This document shows positions 18,654 through 29,804 of a stretch of DNA of 64,000 nt, piece after piece. The stretch covers positions 1,783 to 65,782 of the forward strand of contig JAHHRL010000009.1 in the NCBI GenBank assembly GCA_020025825.1, read 5' to 3'. Every line of letters starts with the position of its first letter. The stretch's first letter is position 1. The notes under the pieces were generated by a model. It was not told the DNA's origin. It did not search any database and saw only the letters and a program-made list of their open reading frames with translations. This stretch comes from Faecalibacterium sp. (GTDB taxonomy: Bacteria; Bacillota; Clostridia; Oscillospirales; Ruminococcaceae). Position numbers and translations under genes: made by a program.

Positions 18654-19916
18654 TTATTTCGTTTTAGGAGGTTCTTTTTCGCCTTTTTTAACTTCCGCAG
18701 GCAATTCGGCTTCCACAACAGTACGGGAAGCTGTGGCGGGACGCGGCTTATAATGAGACAAAAGTTCATCGCAGTGGTGGCGCCGCAAACCACGAGCAAC
18801 AAGGCGGCGCAGGATGTCATAAATGACTGCAAAAAGCGGCACTGCAATAATCATGCCGACAAATCCCCATAAGCCGCCGAACAGCAAAATCGAGAACAAA
18901 ACCCAAATGCTGGACAGGCCGGTATTGTCGCCCAAAATTTTGGGGCCAAGGATATTTCCGTCAAACTGCTGCAATACAAGGATGAACAGCACAAACCAAA
19001 AGGCCTGCATAGGCTCCTCGATTAAAATAAGCAGAGTAGCAGGTACAGCGCCGATAAAAGGACCGAAGAACGGAATGACATTGGTTACACCGATGATTAC
19101 CGAAATCAACAGTGCATTGTTTACATGGAAAGGTGTTAGGCAGAAGTAACAGATGATACCGATAATCAGCGAGTCAATCAGTTTGCCCACGATGAATCCG
19201 CCGAACATTTTATCAGCATATAAGATTTCTTCGTATACTTTATCTGCCCAGCGTGGCTTCATGGTACTGTACAGAATCATCTTGCCTTGCTGCGCAAATT
19301 TTTTACGAGAAGATAGCAGGTAGATTGCTACAATAATGCCGATAACCAAGTCAAAAAGCATATTGACGGTACGCATTGCAACCAGACCGACGCTGCCCAT
19401 CAGGCTGGTGATGGAGGGAAGCAGGGATGTTTGAATCCAGTTTTCCAGTTCCATGCTAATTGTTTGGTAGCCCTGCCCTAAGGTATCCAGCATTTCGGGA
19501 GAGTTTTCCAAATATTGGCTGACCCAGATAACAAAAGTTTTGATTTCACCGGGCAGCGTTTGTGCCAAAGCCAAGATGCTGTCCAGCAACTGGGGCAAAA
19601 TTAAAAGCAGAAGCAAGGCCGTTAATAGTAAACCTGTAAATAAGCTTGCCGCTACCGCAAGGCCGTTGGCAAGACTTTTGTGCTTGGCAATCAGGTGCTT
19701 GCGCAGAAAATCCTCATACGCATTACACAGCGGTTTGAGCAGATAAGCAATTACGCCGCCGTAAATAAAAGGTGCAAGAATCTGGGCGAGGGTGCCTGCC
19801 CATTGCTTCAATGTTGGAAACTGGTATATAATAAAGAAAAACAGCACACTGAGCGCAATTGTACCAAAGCCTGTCAGCATGGCATATACATAGCGCATTT
19901 TTTCGTTTCGGTTCAT
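18654..19916 (-). CDS. AI-2E (PerM) family transporter
   Basis: NVIPFFGPFIG, QQFDGNILGPKILG, GFVGMIIAVP. Confidence 0.92.
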   Translation of the reverse strand: MNRNEKMRYVYAMLTGFGTIALSVLFFFIIYQFPTLKQWAGTLAQILAPFIYGGVIAYLLKPLCNAYEDFLRKHLIAKHKSLANGLAVAASLFTGLLLTALLLLLILPQLLDSILALAQTLPGEIKTFVIWVSQYLENSPEMLDTLGQGYQTISMELENWIQTSLLPSITSLMGSVGLVAMRTVNMLFDLVIGIIVAIYLLSSRKKFAQQGKMILYSTMKPRWADKVYEEILYADKMFGGFIVGKLIDSLIIGIICYFCLTPFHVNNALLISVIIGVTNVIPFFGPFIGAVPATLLILIEEPMQAFWFVLFILVLQQFDGNILGPKILGDNTGLSSIWVLFSILLFGGLWGFVGMIIAVPLFAVIYDILRRLVARGLRRHHCDELLSHYKPRPATASRTVVEAELPAEVKKGEKEPPKTK

Positions 19917-20186
19917 AAAATGTCCTTTCTGCGACAATAAATGAATAAAATTGACAGCGTAAAAAATAAAATCTGCTGCGCAATCATATCCTTACTGTAA
20001 CTATAACATTAGTGTAGTTGTGGGGTCAAGCAAATATAGCAAAGCTGTGGTAAAGACGCAAAAAATACGAAGATGTGCCAGGATACCTTGATAATTTGAC
20101 AACAAAGTGCTTTACTATATTGGCGAACTATCTCCAATACATACAAATAGAAATCTGGCGGGTTAGCCCGGCAGAGGAGGAAGAAT

Positions 20187-20675
20187 ATGGCTATTGCAGT
20201 GTATCCGGGCAGTTTTGATCCGGTGACAAAAGGGCATTTGGATATTATCGAGCGTGCTGCACACATCAATGACCAACTAATCGTTGCGGTTTTGGTAAAC
20301 AGTGCAAAAAATCCCTTGTTTACATTAGACGAACGTGTGCAGCTATTGCGGGAATGCTGCAAAGATATGCCGAATGTGACAGTGGAAAGCTTTAACGGCC
20401 TGACTGTAAACTTTGCCAAAGCACACGGCGCAACCGTTTTGGTACGAGGCTTGCGTGCGGTTACGGACTTTGAGGTGGAGATGCAGCTGGCACAGACCAA
20501 CCGTGCGTTGATGCCGGAAGTGGATACGATGTTTTTTGTAACAAGCATTAACTGGAGCTACCTGTCATCCAGCATTGTAAAAGAAGCTGCTTGCTACGGC
20601 AGTGATGTTTCAAAATTTGTTACACCCAATGTAGTAGAAGCATTGAAAAAGAAGTACAAACTTCTAAATAAATAA
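20187..20675 (+). CDS. coaD: Phosphopantetheine adenylyltransferase
   Basis: YPGSFDPVTKGHLDI, RGLRAVTDFE, LSSSIVKE. Confidence 0.97.
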   Translation: MAIAVYPGSFDPVTKGHLDIIERAAHINDQLIVAVLVNSAKNPLFTLDERVQLLRECCKDMPNVTVESFNGLTVNFAKAHGATVLVRGLRAVTDFEVEMQLAQTNRALMPEVDTMFFVTSINWSYLSSSIVKEAACYGSDVSKFVTPNVVEALKKKYKLLNK

Positions 20676-20676
20676 C

Positions 20677-20720
20677 ATAAAAGCCTCCCTGCTTGGTTTA
20701 AGCGGGGAGGCTTTTTATTT
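20677..20720. terminator. Bidirectional terminator
   Basis: AAAAGCCTCCCTGCTT...AAGCGGGGAGGCTTTT between convergent genes. Confidence 0.8.
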
Positions 20721-20722
20721 TG

Positions 20723-21193
20723 TTAAATGAGGGAGTCGTCAACAGGGCAGTCGGGAATGCCGTCACCGTCTAAATCGGTGGCATCATTAGGAGCAGCATC
20801 GCCCATTAGCTCGGTAGAGCGAATGCCGTTTTTACGACGGCTCTTTTCTACACACTTGCTCAGAACCTCTTTTACCTTGCGAGGATTTTTAACATGAACC
20901 AAATCCAAATGCGGAACGGTAACGTCGGTGGAGCTTACGCATATAGTGCCGACACCAAACAAGCGTTCGCTCAGGCTTTGGCGCATGCTGATATCCTGTA
21001 TGCGGTACAGCAGGACTTCTTCTTCGTGCAGGCTGAGCAGGCCGGTATTCAGCAGCAGTTTATCTTCGTTTAACTGATAGCGTGTAAACGAGAGAGGCAT
21101 GCCAAGGATACGTTTGCGGTCAGTCCACAGCAGGGGCTTTTCTTCCACGTCTACGGTAAACTCTCCGCTGCGCAGCTTTTTGTTTTCACTCAT
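20723..21193 (-). CDS. Bacterial PH-domain protein
   Basis: FTRYQL...TGLLS...LYRIQDI...RLFGVGTI pattern typical of bPH domains. Confidence 0.75.
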   Translation of the reverse strand: MSENKKLRSGEFTVDVEEKPLLWTDRKRILGMPLSFTRYQLNEDKLLLNTGLLSLHEEEVLLYRIQDISMRQSLSERLFGVGTICVSSTDVTVPHLDLVHVKNPRKVKEVLSKCVEKSRRKNGIRSTELMGDAAPNDATDLDGDGIPDCPVDDSLI

Positions 21194-21226
21194 ATAAATA
21201 CCTCACTTTCATGGTACAAACTCATT

Positions 21227-22771
21227 TTAAATAAAAGAACTTTTTTTGTCCAGTGCACGATATTGCAGTGCCTCCATAAGGGACTCAGCACCGATGGCGG
21301 CTTCACCGGACAGGTCTGCGATAGTGCGGGCAACACGGAGGATTCTGTCATAACCACGGGCAGAAAGACCTAAGCGGTCGTAGGCACTATGCAAAATTAT
21401 TTCGGCGTCCGCTGTTAAGGGGCAGGCCCGGCGGATTTGTGCACTGGTTAGGTCTGCATTGCAAATAACGCCGTGATATAGGGCAGAGTCGTAACGCTTT
21501 AGTTGAATCTGTCTGGCTTTTAGGACTCGTGCACGGATTTGCGCACTGCTTTCGCCTCCGGTGCCGCCCCTTAGTTCCTCGTAAGCAATGGGTTCCATTT
21601 CTACGTGCAGGTCGATGCGGTCCAAAAGCGGGCCGCTAATGCGGCTGCGATAACGGTCAATTGCAGAGGGCGAGCAGGTGCATTCATGGGTAGGGTGCCC
21701 ATAGTACCCGCATTTGCAGGGGTTCATTGCGGCAACAAGCATAAAGCGGCTGGGATATGTGGCGCTGCCTGCTACACGGCTAACGGTAATACAGCCATCT
21801 TCAATGGGCTGCCGTAAAACTTCCAGGCTTTCACGGCTGAATTCCGGAAGCTCGTCTAAAAAGAGCACACCGCTATGGGCTAGGCTGACCTCGCCCGGCC
21901 GAAAAGAAGCACCGCCTCCGGCCAGTGCGGCTGCACTGGTAGAATGGTGTGGACTGCGAAAAGGCCGCTGATGAATCAAGCCGCTTCCGGCAGGCAAAAG
22001 CCCGGCAACAGAGTAGATTTTGGTAGCCTCCATACTTTCTTTCCGCTGGAGCGGCGGCAAAATACCGGGAAGCCGCTTTGCAAGCATAGACTTACCTGTG
22101 CCGGGTGCACCGACCAATAAAATATTATGTCCGCCGGCAGCCGCAATTTCCATAGCACGTCGTGCAAGCGGCTGGCCGTGTACATCGGCAAAATCGGGTG
22201 CGGAAACAGCATCCTGGTCGGGGCAGAAGGGGGGACAAACAGCAGGGGGGATGCGGAGCTCGCCGCTAAGAGCCTGTACAACTTCCCGTGCACTGCTGCA
22301 AGGGAAAACCTGCAATCCGTTATCGACGGCGCAGGCTGCCTCAGCAGCGTTTTCCGCAGGCAGATAAAGCCGCTTGATACCGCATTGTGCGGCGGCAATG
22401 GCCATAGGCAGCACACCGGATACAGGGCGCAGAGAACCATTCAGGGCAAGTTCGCCGATAAAGGCTGTATCGGCCGCTGGTACGGGGATTTGCCCGGCGG
22501 CAGAAAGGACAGCAAGAAAAATAGCCAAGTCGTAAACAGGGCCGGTCTTTTTTACGTCGGCAGGGGCAAGGTTGATGGTAAGCCGGCTGGCAGGCCAAGC
22601 AAAGCCGAGATTTTTCAGTGCGGCACGTACACGGTCGCCGCTTTCCTTGACAGCGGAATCCGGCAGGCCGACGATATTCAGACTGGGCAGCCCTGGGGCT
22701 ACATCGGCTTCTACTGTAACGGCAAAGCCGGATAAGCCGTGCAGCCCAAAACTGTTCAGTTTTGCATACAT
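21227..22771 (-). CDS. comM: YifB/ComM Mg-chelatase-like AAA+ ATPase
   Basis: GLPDSAVKES, GAPGTGKSMLA, PFRSPHH, LFLDELPEF, NPCKCG, SGPLLDRID. Confidence 0.93.
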   Translation of the reverse strand: MYAKLNSFGLHGLSGFAVTVEADVAPGLPSLNIVGLPDSAVKESGDRVRAALKNLGFAWPASRLTINLAPADVKKTGPVYDLAIFLAVLSAAGQIPVPAADTAFIGELALNGSLRPVSGVLPMAIAAAQCGIKRLYLPAENAAEAACAVDNGLQVFPCSSAREVVQALSGELRIPPAVCPPFCPDQDAVSAPDFADVHGQPLARRAMEIAAAGGHNILLVGAPGTGKSMLAKRLPGILPPLQRKESMEATKIYSVAGLLPAGSGLIHQRPFRSPHHSTSAAALAGGGASFRPGEVSLAHSGVLFLDELPEFSRESLEVLRQPIEDGCITVSRVAGSATYPSRFMLVAAMNPCKCGYYGHPTHECTCSPSAIDRYRSRISGPLLDRIDLHVEMEPIAYEELRGGTGGESSAQIRARVLKARQIQLKRYDSALYHGVICNADLTSAQIRRACPLTADAEIILHSAYDRLGLSARGYDRILRVARTIADLSGEAAIGAESLMEALQYRALDKKSSFI

Positions 22772-22932
22772 AAGGTGACACCTTCCGTAAGTAATTTTGT
22801 TTATTGTTAGTATAACAGCGGTGAAGTTCGTGCACAATACAGAATTGACACCACGGAATCAGCGCTTTACAATAGTGTGTAGAAATACAAGTTTGCGATT
22901 TTTAACAAACAGCAGGAACGGGAGGTCTGTTT

Positions 22933-24618
22933 ATGCAGTATATGGAAGAATACCGCCGTTGGTGTGATACACAGCTGGAGGACCCGGCTTTGACCGCAGA
23001 ACTGGCTGAAGTGAAAAATAAGGAAGATGAAATTAAGGAGCGGTTTGCGGTTGCGCTGAAATTCGGCACAGCCGGTTTGCGTGGCATTTTGGGTGTTGGT
23101 ACAAACCGCATGAATATTTATGTAGTGCGTCAGGCAACACAAGGCTTGGCAAACTGGGTAAAAACACAGGGCGGCAATCAGACGGTTGCAATCAGTTACG
23201 ACAGCCGTATCAACAGCGATGTGTTTGCACATGAGGCTGCTTGTGTTTTGGCGGCAAACGGTATAAAGGTACGTATTTATGACGCACTGATGCCTGTCCC
23301 CGCACTGAGCTTTGCAACACGGTATTATCAGTGCAATGCCGGCATTATGATTACTGCCAGCCACAACCCTGCAAAGTATAACGGCTACAAGGCATACGGC
23401 CCTGACGGCTGCCAGATGACCGATGATGCCGCAGCTGTAGTATATGCCGAAATCCAGAAGACAGATGTACTTACCGGTGCAAAGACCATGGAGTTTGAAG
23501 ATGGTGTGGCACAGGGCTTGATTCAGTACGTTGGAGAGGATTGCAAGAAGGCCTTGTATGAAGCAATTGAGGCACGCAGCGTGCGCCCCGGTGTTTGCAA
23601 GACCGCAGGTTTGAAGCTGGTGTACAGCCCGCTGAACGGTTCCGGTCTGGTGCCGGTTATGCAGGTGCTGAAAGATATTGGCATCGACGATGTGACTATC
23701 GTCCCCGAGCAGAAAGACCCGGACGGAAACTTCCCCACCTGCCCGTACCCCAACCCCGAAATTTTTGAGGCACTGCGCCTTGGCTTGGAACTGGCACAGA
23801 CCACCGGTGCGGATTTGATGCTGGCAACCGACCCGGACGCTGACCGTGTGGGTATTGCCATCAAGTGCAAGGACGGCAGCTATGAGCTGGTTTCCGGCAA
23901 TGAGGTTGGTGTTTTGCTGCTGGATTATATTTGCGCAGGTCGTATCGAAAACGGCACCATGCCCAAAAATCCTGTGGCAGTTAAGTCTATTGTTTCTACC
24001 CCCTTGGCAGAGGCAGTTGCAAAGCACTACGGCGTAGAGCTGCGCAACGTGCTGACCGGCTTTAAGTGGATTGGCGACCAGATTGCACAACTGGAGGCCG
24101 CAGGACAGGTAGACCGTTTTATCTTCGGCTTTGAAGAAAGCTATGGCTACTTGGCAGGCCCTTATGTACGTGATAAGGACGCTATCATTGGTGCAATGCT
24201 GATTTGTGAGATGGCAGCATACTATCGCAGCATTGGCTCCTCCATTAAGGAGCGTCTGGAGGAAATTTACGCAGAGTACGGCCGTTATCTGAATAAGGTG
24301 GACAGCTATGAGTTCCCCGGTTTGTCCGGCATGGACAAGATGGCGTCCATTATGGAAAAGCTGCGTACACAGCCGCCGGTAGAGTTTGCGGGTATCCCGG
24401 TTGCAAAGGTAACCGATTACCAGAACTCGGAAGCTACCGGTTTGCCGGCTTCTAATGTATTGACCTATACATTGGAGAACGGTGCTACAGTTGTAATACG
24501 TCCCTCCGGCACTGAGCCGAAGATTAAGACCTACTTTACCACTTTGGGTAAAGACTTGGCAGAGGCAGAAGCACAGAAGGATGCGCTGGCACAGGCTTGC
24601 AAGGTCTATTTGGCATAA
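22933..24618 (+). CDS. pgm: Phosphoglucomutase/phosphomannomutase
   Basis: FGTAGLRG, TASHNP, DPDADR, FEESYG, RPSGTEPK; upstream TTGACA-N17-TACAAT. Confidence 0.93.
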   Translation: MQYMEEYRRWCDTQLEDPALTAELAEVKNKEDEIKERFAVALKFGTAGLRGILGVGTNRMNIYVVRQATQGLANWVKTQGGNQTVAISYDSRINSDVFAHEAACVLAANGIKVRIYDALMPVPALSFATRYYQCNAGIMITASHNPAKYNGYKAYGPDGCQMTDDAAAVVYAEIQKTDVLTGAKTMEFEDGVAQGLIQYVGEDCKKALYEAIEARSVRPGVCKTAGLKLVYSPLNGSGLVPVMQVLKDIGIDDVTIVPEQKDPDGNFPTCPYPNPEIFEALRLGLELAQTTGADLMLATDPDADRVGIAIKCKDGSYELVSGNEVGVLLLDYICAGRIENGTMPKNPVAVKSIVSTPLAEAVAKHYGVELRNVLTGFKWIGDQIAQLEAAGQVDRFIFGFEESYGYLAGPYVRDKDAIIGAMLICEMAAYYRSIGSSIKERLEEIYAEYGRYLNKVDSYEFPGLSGMDKMASIMEKLRTQPPVEFAGIPVAKVTDYQNSEATGLPASNVLTYTLENGATVVIRPSGTEPKIKTYFTTLGKDLAEAEAQKDALAQACKVYLA

Positions 24619-24708
24619 GATAATAAAGAAAACCGTAGGCATGGCAGAAAAACGGACGTTTTACAGGCTGTTTTTTCGGAAAAGAATTGAAAAATACTGT
24701 AAAATATC

Positions 24709-24852
24709 TTGCTTTTTGCAAAATGCATGATATAATATACCAGCAATCGTTTCTAAGGCCGCTCGTAGGGGTAGCCGAAATTGAAGGTTGTGATGGGCAC
24801 ATACATGAGAATATGGCCCCTAAAAGTCATTACCAGAATTGAGGTGAAAGAA
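24709..24852 (+). promoter_or_regulatory. rpmE promoter and structured 5' leader
   Basis: TTGCTT...TGaTATAAT, then an approximately 110 nt leader with complementary segments. Confidence 0.5.
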
Positions 24853-25053
24853 ATGAAGCAGGGTATCCATCCTAACTACGACACTTGCATTATCACTTGT
24901 GCATGTGGCAACGTCATCGAGACCCGTGGCACCAAGCCCGAGATTCACGTTGAAGTTTGCTCCAAGTGCCATCCCTTCTACACCGGCAAGCAGAAGCTGG
25001 TTGACACCGGCGGACGTGTCGAGCGTTTCAACAAGCGCTTTGGCCGCAAGTAA
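24853..25053 (+). CDS. rpmE: 50S ribosomal protein L31 (Zn-binding type)
   Basis: [29 protein letters not shown]. Confidence 0.97.
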   Translation: MKQGIHPNYDTCIITCACGNVIETRGTKPEIHVEVCSKCHPFYTGKQKLVDTGGRVERFNKRFGRK

Positions 25054-25067
25054 GAAATGCTTTTCGG

Positions 25068-25102
25068 AGCGCCTTCCCATTTGGGAGGGCGCTTTTTGTT
25101 TT
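25068..25102 (+). terminator. Intrinsic terminator after rpmE
   Basis: AGCGCCTTCCCA...TGGGAGGGCGCT plus T-tract. Confidence 0.8.
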
Positions 25103-25202
25103 ATCTGATTGTTTTGCACGGACACCCTTGCCGGAAAAAAGCCTGAAAAAGGCGATTCTTTTCGACAACAGGGGATTGTGATATAATATATAGGAATATG
25201 AA

Positions 25203-25844
25203 ATGGGAAAGGCAGGGCATACTGTGGAGGACTACCGCACCGTTTCCGGAGTTGCTACCGGTGAATACGAAGAAAAAAAGAGCAAGTTTATTGCGTCTGT
25301 TTCCTATGCGGAAAGTGAACAGGCAGCACTGCGCTTTTTAGAGCACGTGAAAGCAGAAAACCGCACGGCACGGCACAATGTATATGCGTACCGTTTGCGG
25401 GAGGATAATCGGGAGAGATACTCCGATGACGGCGAACCGGCCAAAACCGCAGGCTTGCCCACGCTGGAAGTGATTCGGCACAGTGGGCTGACAGATTTAG
25501 TAGTTGTGGTTACCAGATATTTTGGCGGCATTTTATTGGGCACAGGTGGGCTGGTGCGTGCTTATACAGCTGCTACACAGGCTGCACTGGAAAATGCTAA
25601 GATTGTGACGGTACGCAGCTTGGTGGAGTGCTCCATTACGGTGGAGTATGCCTTATATGAACAGGCGCAGCGTCTGATACAAAGCATGGAAACCAGTACG
25701 GTAGAAGCAAATTTTACAGATAAGGTTTGCCTGCAATGGACGATGCCGGACGGCACCCAGATGCTGTTAGCGGACCAGCTGCGGGAATTGACCCGTGGCG
25801 GCGCCGAGATGCAATGCTCAGAGCCTTTCTATGCACCATTTTAA
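25203..25844 (+). CDS. yigZ: YigZ/IMPACT family protein
   Basis: KSKFIA, ARHNVYAY, DDGEPAKTAG, VTRYFGGILLGTGGLVRAY. Confidence 0.93.
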   Translation: MGKAGHTVEDYRTVSGVATGEYEEKKSKFIASVSYAESEQAALRFLEHVKAENRTARHNVYAYRLREDNRERYSDDGEPAKTAGLPTLEVIRHSGLTDLVVVVTRYFGGILLGTGGLVRAYTAATQAALENAKIVTVRSLVECSITVEYALYEQAQRLIQSMETSTVEANFTDKVCLQWTMPDGTQMLLADQLRELTRGGAEMQCSEPFYAPF

Positions 25845-25944
25845 TGATTTATGTGTCGAAAAAGCACTAGTTTTTGTGTCGACTGATTCCGTCCCCCTTT
25901 GACAGCGCAGGTGCGTTATAATTTGGAAAGCGAGGTTTTGTCTT

Positions 25945-26943
25945 ATGACTGTACGTGAACGCACGGAGCAAATTGAGCAGCAAACATTTGCCCCATGGGC
26001 AACGCTAAGCAGTGAGAGCCGTGGCCGAGTACGACCGGAGTCGCAGGACCCACTGCGCCCAGTGTTTCAGCGTGACCGTGACAGAGTCTTGCATTGTAAA
26101 GCATTTCGTCGTCTGAAACAAAAAACACAGGTTTTTCTTTCGCCGGAAGGGGATATGTACCGCACCCGCTTGACCCATACCTTGGAAGTTGCACAAATTG
26201 CCAGAACCATTGCAAGGGCGCTGCGGCTGAATGAGGATTTGACCGAAGCGATTGCGCTGGCTCACGATTTGGGCCATACACCGTTTGGTCATGCAGGTGA
26301 ACGGACACTGAACAAGCTGTGCCCCGGCGGGTTTACCCACTATCGGCAGGGACTGCGTGTTGTGGACTTTTTGGAGAAGGACGGGCGAGGGCTGAATTTA
26401 ACTTGGGAGGTGCGCAACGGCATCATAACACATACCAAGGGAACATGGTCCGCTACGCCGGAAGGCCGCATTGTACGATGGGCCGACTGGATTGCATTCG
26501 TTAACCATGACATTGAGGACGCTATGCGGGCAGGAGTGCTGAACGAACAGCAGCTGCCCCCAATCGCAACCGATGTACTGGGACATTCGAAGTCGACACG
26601 AATTACTACGATGATACAGAGTATTGTGGACCACAGCCAAGGGGATATACAGGTAGGTGCAGAGGAAAAAGCTGCGTTTTTAACCTTGAAGGAATTTATG
26701 TATAATACCGTTTATGTAGACCCTGTAGCCAAAGCCGAAGAAGAAAAGGTGGAAAAAATGGTTACAGAACTCTACGAGCGGTTTGTAACGCACCCGGAAC
26801 TGATGCCCAATTTCTATATGCAGATTGCATATCAGGAGGGGACCGACCGGGCTGTTACAGACTACATCAGCGGTATGAGCGACAGTTTCGCAACACGAAC
26901 CTTTGAGCAGCTGTTTATCCCGCAAAAGTGGCACGTGCTTTGA
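25945..26943 (+). CDS. dgt: Deoxyguanosinetriphosphate triphosphohydrolase (HD family)
   Basis: FQRDRDR, RTRLTHTLEV, HDLGHTPFGHAGE, DYISGMSD. Confidence 0.93.
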   Translation: MTVRERTEQIEQQTFAPWATLSSESRGRVRPESQDPLRPVFQRDRDRVLHCKAFRRLKQKTQVFLSPEGDMYRTRLTHTLEVAQIARTIARALRLNEDLTEAIALAHDLGHTPFGHAGERTLNKLCPGGFTHYRQGLRVVDFLEKDGRGLNLTWEVRNGIITHTKGTWSATPEGRIVRWADWIAFVNHDIEDAMRAGVLNEQQLPPIATDVLGHSKSTRITTMIQSIVDHSQGDIQVGAEEKAAFLTLKEFMYNTVYVDPVAKAEEEKVEKMVTELYERFVTHPELMPNFYMQIAYQEGTDRAVTDYISGMSDSFATRTFEQLFIPQKWHVL

Positions 26944-26971
26944 TGCAACAAGAATAAGGAAGTAATTGGAT

Positions 26972-28756
26972 ATGGGTATCCCACATGAATATATTGAAGA
27001 AGTAGTACGCCGCAATGATATTGCAGACGTAGTTGGCAGTTATGTACAGCTAAAAAGAAAAGGGCGCTTATATGGCGGCTTGTGTCCGTTTCATAACGAG
27101 AAAACCCCCTCTTTTTATGTGTATCCCGATACACAAAGCTTTTACTGCTTTGGCTGCGGCTCGGGCGGCGATGTTATTTCTTTTGTGAAAAAAATAAATA
27201 ATCTGGATTACGTGGAAGCGATTAAGCTGCTGGCCGGACGAGCCGGTATGCCGGAGCCTGCCGAGGAGGACAAGGTGGGACATCTGCGCAGCCGCATTTT
27301 GTCCATTAACAAAGATGCTGCACGTTATTTTTACAGCTGCCTGAATGGCAGTGACGAAAACGCACGCATGGCACGTGCCTACTGGCGCCGCCGTGGGCTG
27401 GACGATAAAACCATTGTTCGCTTTGGGTTGGGATATGCACCGGACGATTTCCGTGGTATGTATCAGCATTTGAAGGGCAAAGGCTATACCGACCAGGAGC
27501 TGCTGGAAAGCGGCTTGGTTAAGCGAAGTGAAAAGGGCAACATCTACAACTTGTTCCGCAACCGTGTGATGACACCTATTTTCGATTTGCGTGGCAACAT
27601 TATTGCGTTTGGCGGACGTGTGCTGGATGACTCGAAACCAAAGTACATTAACAGTCCGGAAACGCTGGTGTACAAAAAGTCAAAGACTGTGTTTGCCATG
27701 CAGCTGGCAAAGAAAAGTGTGTCGAAACGCTTTGTTCTGTGCGAAGGCTATATGGACGTTATCAGTATGCAAAAAGCTGGAATTGATACGGCGGTTTGTG
27801 CCTGTGGTACTGCACTGACACCGGACCAAGTCAAGCTTATCAGCGAGTATGCGGATGAAGTGGTACTGTGCTACGACTCAGACGAAGCAGGTCAGACAGC
27901 AACCAATCGCAGTTTGGGGTTGTTCCGTGACAGTCCGCTGAAAGTAAGCGTGCTACAAATTCCCGGAGCAAAGGACCCGGACGAGTACATTAAGAAGTTT
28001 GGTGCGGACAGATTCCGTGCATTACTGGATGGCACCGGCAATGCAATAGAGTTCCGCATTGGACAAATTCGTAAAAACTACGACCTGAAACAGGATAAGG
28101 ATAGACTGGAGTACATTAAAGAGGTATTGAATATTCTGGCAGAGTCCATTAGCCCCACAGAGCGTGAGGTATATGCAGGAAGATTGGCAGAAGAAACCAA
28201 TATCTCCAAAGTAGCAATTCGGGAACAACTGGAAGACGTGATTCGCCGCAACGGATACCGTCAGCGCCAGAAACGGGAACGTGAACTACTGCACTCCGGT
28301 GTGGCAGATACCATAAAAGTTCCTTATCAGGCGGGGGGACAAAGGGCCTTGGGCGTTGCCGCTGCGGAGCAAATGCTGGCAGCAGCACTGGTACGAGAGC
28401 CAAGTTTTATCCCCCCGGTAATGCAGCGTTTAGATGTAGAAACCATCGTAATGCCGGATATGAAAGAGGCCATTGGGGCAATGTATGAATGTACACGCCA
28501 AGGCGGGGCTGTTTCCATGTCGTCGTTAGGTCAGCTTGTGAGCGACAAGACGATGGGGGAACTGTCCCGATTGGTGGCACAATATCATGATGTGACACCC
28601 ACATGGCAGGATGTGGAACTTTATCTGGACCGCATTGCCCGCAGCACACCCAAAAGCAGTGGGGCTGCCAAGATGGACAATGCGGAAATCGAACGGTATC
28701 TGCAGGCGCTGAGAGACCGAAAGGGTGCAATGCCCACGGACGAAAGCGAGGACTGA
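26972..28756 (+). CDS. dnaG: DNA primase
   Basis: [11 protein letters not shown]...CFGC zinc finger, [26 protein letters not shown] (alternative TTG start at 26966). Confidence 0.97.
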   Translation: MGIPHEYIEEVVRRNDIADVVGSYVQLKRKGRLYGGLCPFHNEKTPSFYVYPDTQSFYCFGCGSGGDVISFVKKINNLDYVEAIKLLAGRAGMPEPAEEDKVGHLRSRILSINKDAARYFYSCLNGSDENARMARAYWRRRGLDDKTIVRFGLGYAPDDFRGMYQHLKGKGYTDQELLESGLVKRSEKGNIYNLFRNRVMTPIFDLRGNIIAFGGRVLDDSKPKYINSPETLVYKKSKTVFAMQLAKKSVSKRFVLCEGYMDVISMQKAGIDTAVCACGTALTPDQVKLISEYADEVVLCYDSDEAGQTATNRSLGLFRDSPLKVSVLQIPGAKDPDEYIKKFGADRFRALLDGTGNAIEFRIGQIRKNYDLKQDKDRLEYIKEVLNILAESISPTEREVYAGRLAEETNISKVAIREQLEDVIRRNGYRQRQKRERELLHSGVADTIKVPYQAGGQRALGVAAAEQMLAAALVREPSFIPPVMQRLDVETIVMPDMKEAIGAMYECTRQGGAVSMSSLGQLVSDKTMGELSRLVAQYHDVTPTWQDVELYLDRIARSTPKSSGAAKMDNAEIERYLQALRDRKGAMPTDESED

Positions 28757-28820
28757 ACCTTGCGTTTTCCGGCCTTTCTTCGGCTGCGCAAAAATGCGGC
28801 CGCTTGCCGCCGGAGGATTT

Positions 28821-29804
28821 ATGGAAATGATAGGGCATGAAGAAAGCATCAAAAAAGACCAAAGCTGGGGTTTTGCCCTGAAGGCTATGCAGGAGGCGGA
28901 CGTTCCGCCGCTGGAAGCTTTGGACGAAGCCGGTATTGAGCGTCTTACAAAAGAAATCGGTGCAGAAGACAGTGCAGCGATAGACCCGGTGAAAACTTAC
29001 CTGCGGGAGATTGGCTCGGTTCCGCTTTTAACGCAGGAAGAGGAAATGTGCTTGGCGATTGCCGCAAAAGACGGCGATGCACAGGCAGCACATCGTTTGT
29101 CTGAGGCAAACCTGCGTTTAGTGGTATCCATTGCCAAGCGTTACACGGGCAGAGGGCTCTCCTTTTTGGATTTGATTCAGGAGGGCAATATCGGGCTGAT
29201 GCGTGCGGTGGAAAAATATGACCCGGAGCGTGGGTTCCGTTTTTCCACATACGCTACTTGGTGGGTGCGCCAAGCGATTACCCGTGCGTTGGCAGATCAG
29301 GGGAGAACCATTCGGATTCCGGTACACTTGGTAGACACCATGGGCCGTATGCGGAAAATGCAGTCGGAGCTGCTGCATGAACTGGGCAGAGAGCCAACCA
29401 TGGAAGAATTGGCAAAGGCGCTGGAACTTTCGCCGGACCGTGTACGGGAGCTGATTCGGATTGGGCTGGAGCCGGTAAGCTTGGAAACGCCCATTGGCGA
29501 GGAAGATGATATTTGTTTGCAGGATTTTTTGCAGGACGAGAGTGCTTGCCTGCCAGCAGACCAGGCAGGACGTATGCAGCTGCATCAGGAGCTGACAAGA
29601 GTGCTGCATAGTTTAACGCCACGGGAAGAATCCGTTTTGACCATGCGTTTTGGGCTGAGTGACGGCCGTGCACGCACGTTGGAGGAAGTAGGGTCTAGTT
29701 TTAATGTGACAAGAGAGCGAATCCGCCAAATTGAGGCAAAGGCACTGCGCAAACTGCGCCACCCCAGCCGCGCAAGGCAGCTGCGTGAGTATTTGGAGGA
29801 TTGA
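28821..29804 (+). CDS. RpoD/SigA-family sigma-70 factor, divergent, with short N-terminus
   Basis: Region 1.2 [11 protein letters not shown], region 2 [10 protein letters not shown]...DLIQEGN...FSTYATWW, region 4.2 TLEEVG...[24 protein letters not shown] at about 28812. Confidence 0.9.
   Translation: MEMIGHEESIKKDQSWGFALKAMQEADVPPLEALDEAGIERLTKEIGAEDSAAIDPVKTYLREIGSVPLLTQEEEMCLAIAAKDGDAQAAHRLSEANLRLVVSIAKRYTGRGLSFLDLIQEGNIGLMRAVEKYDPERGFRFSTYATWWVRQAITRALADQGRTIRIPVHLVDTMGRMRKMQSELLHELGREPTMEELAKALELSPDRVRELIRIGLEPVSLETPIGEEDDICLQDFLQDESACLPADQAGRMQLHQELTRVLHSLTPREESVLTMRFGLSDGRARTLEEVGSSFNVTRERIRQIEAKALRKLRHPSRARQLREYLED

Noticed and set aside
25945..26943. dGTPase as an anti-phage defence gene
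   Set aside because: Short housekeeping type in its usual dgt-dnaG context, with no defence genes nearby
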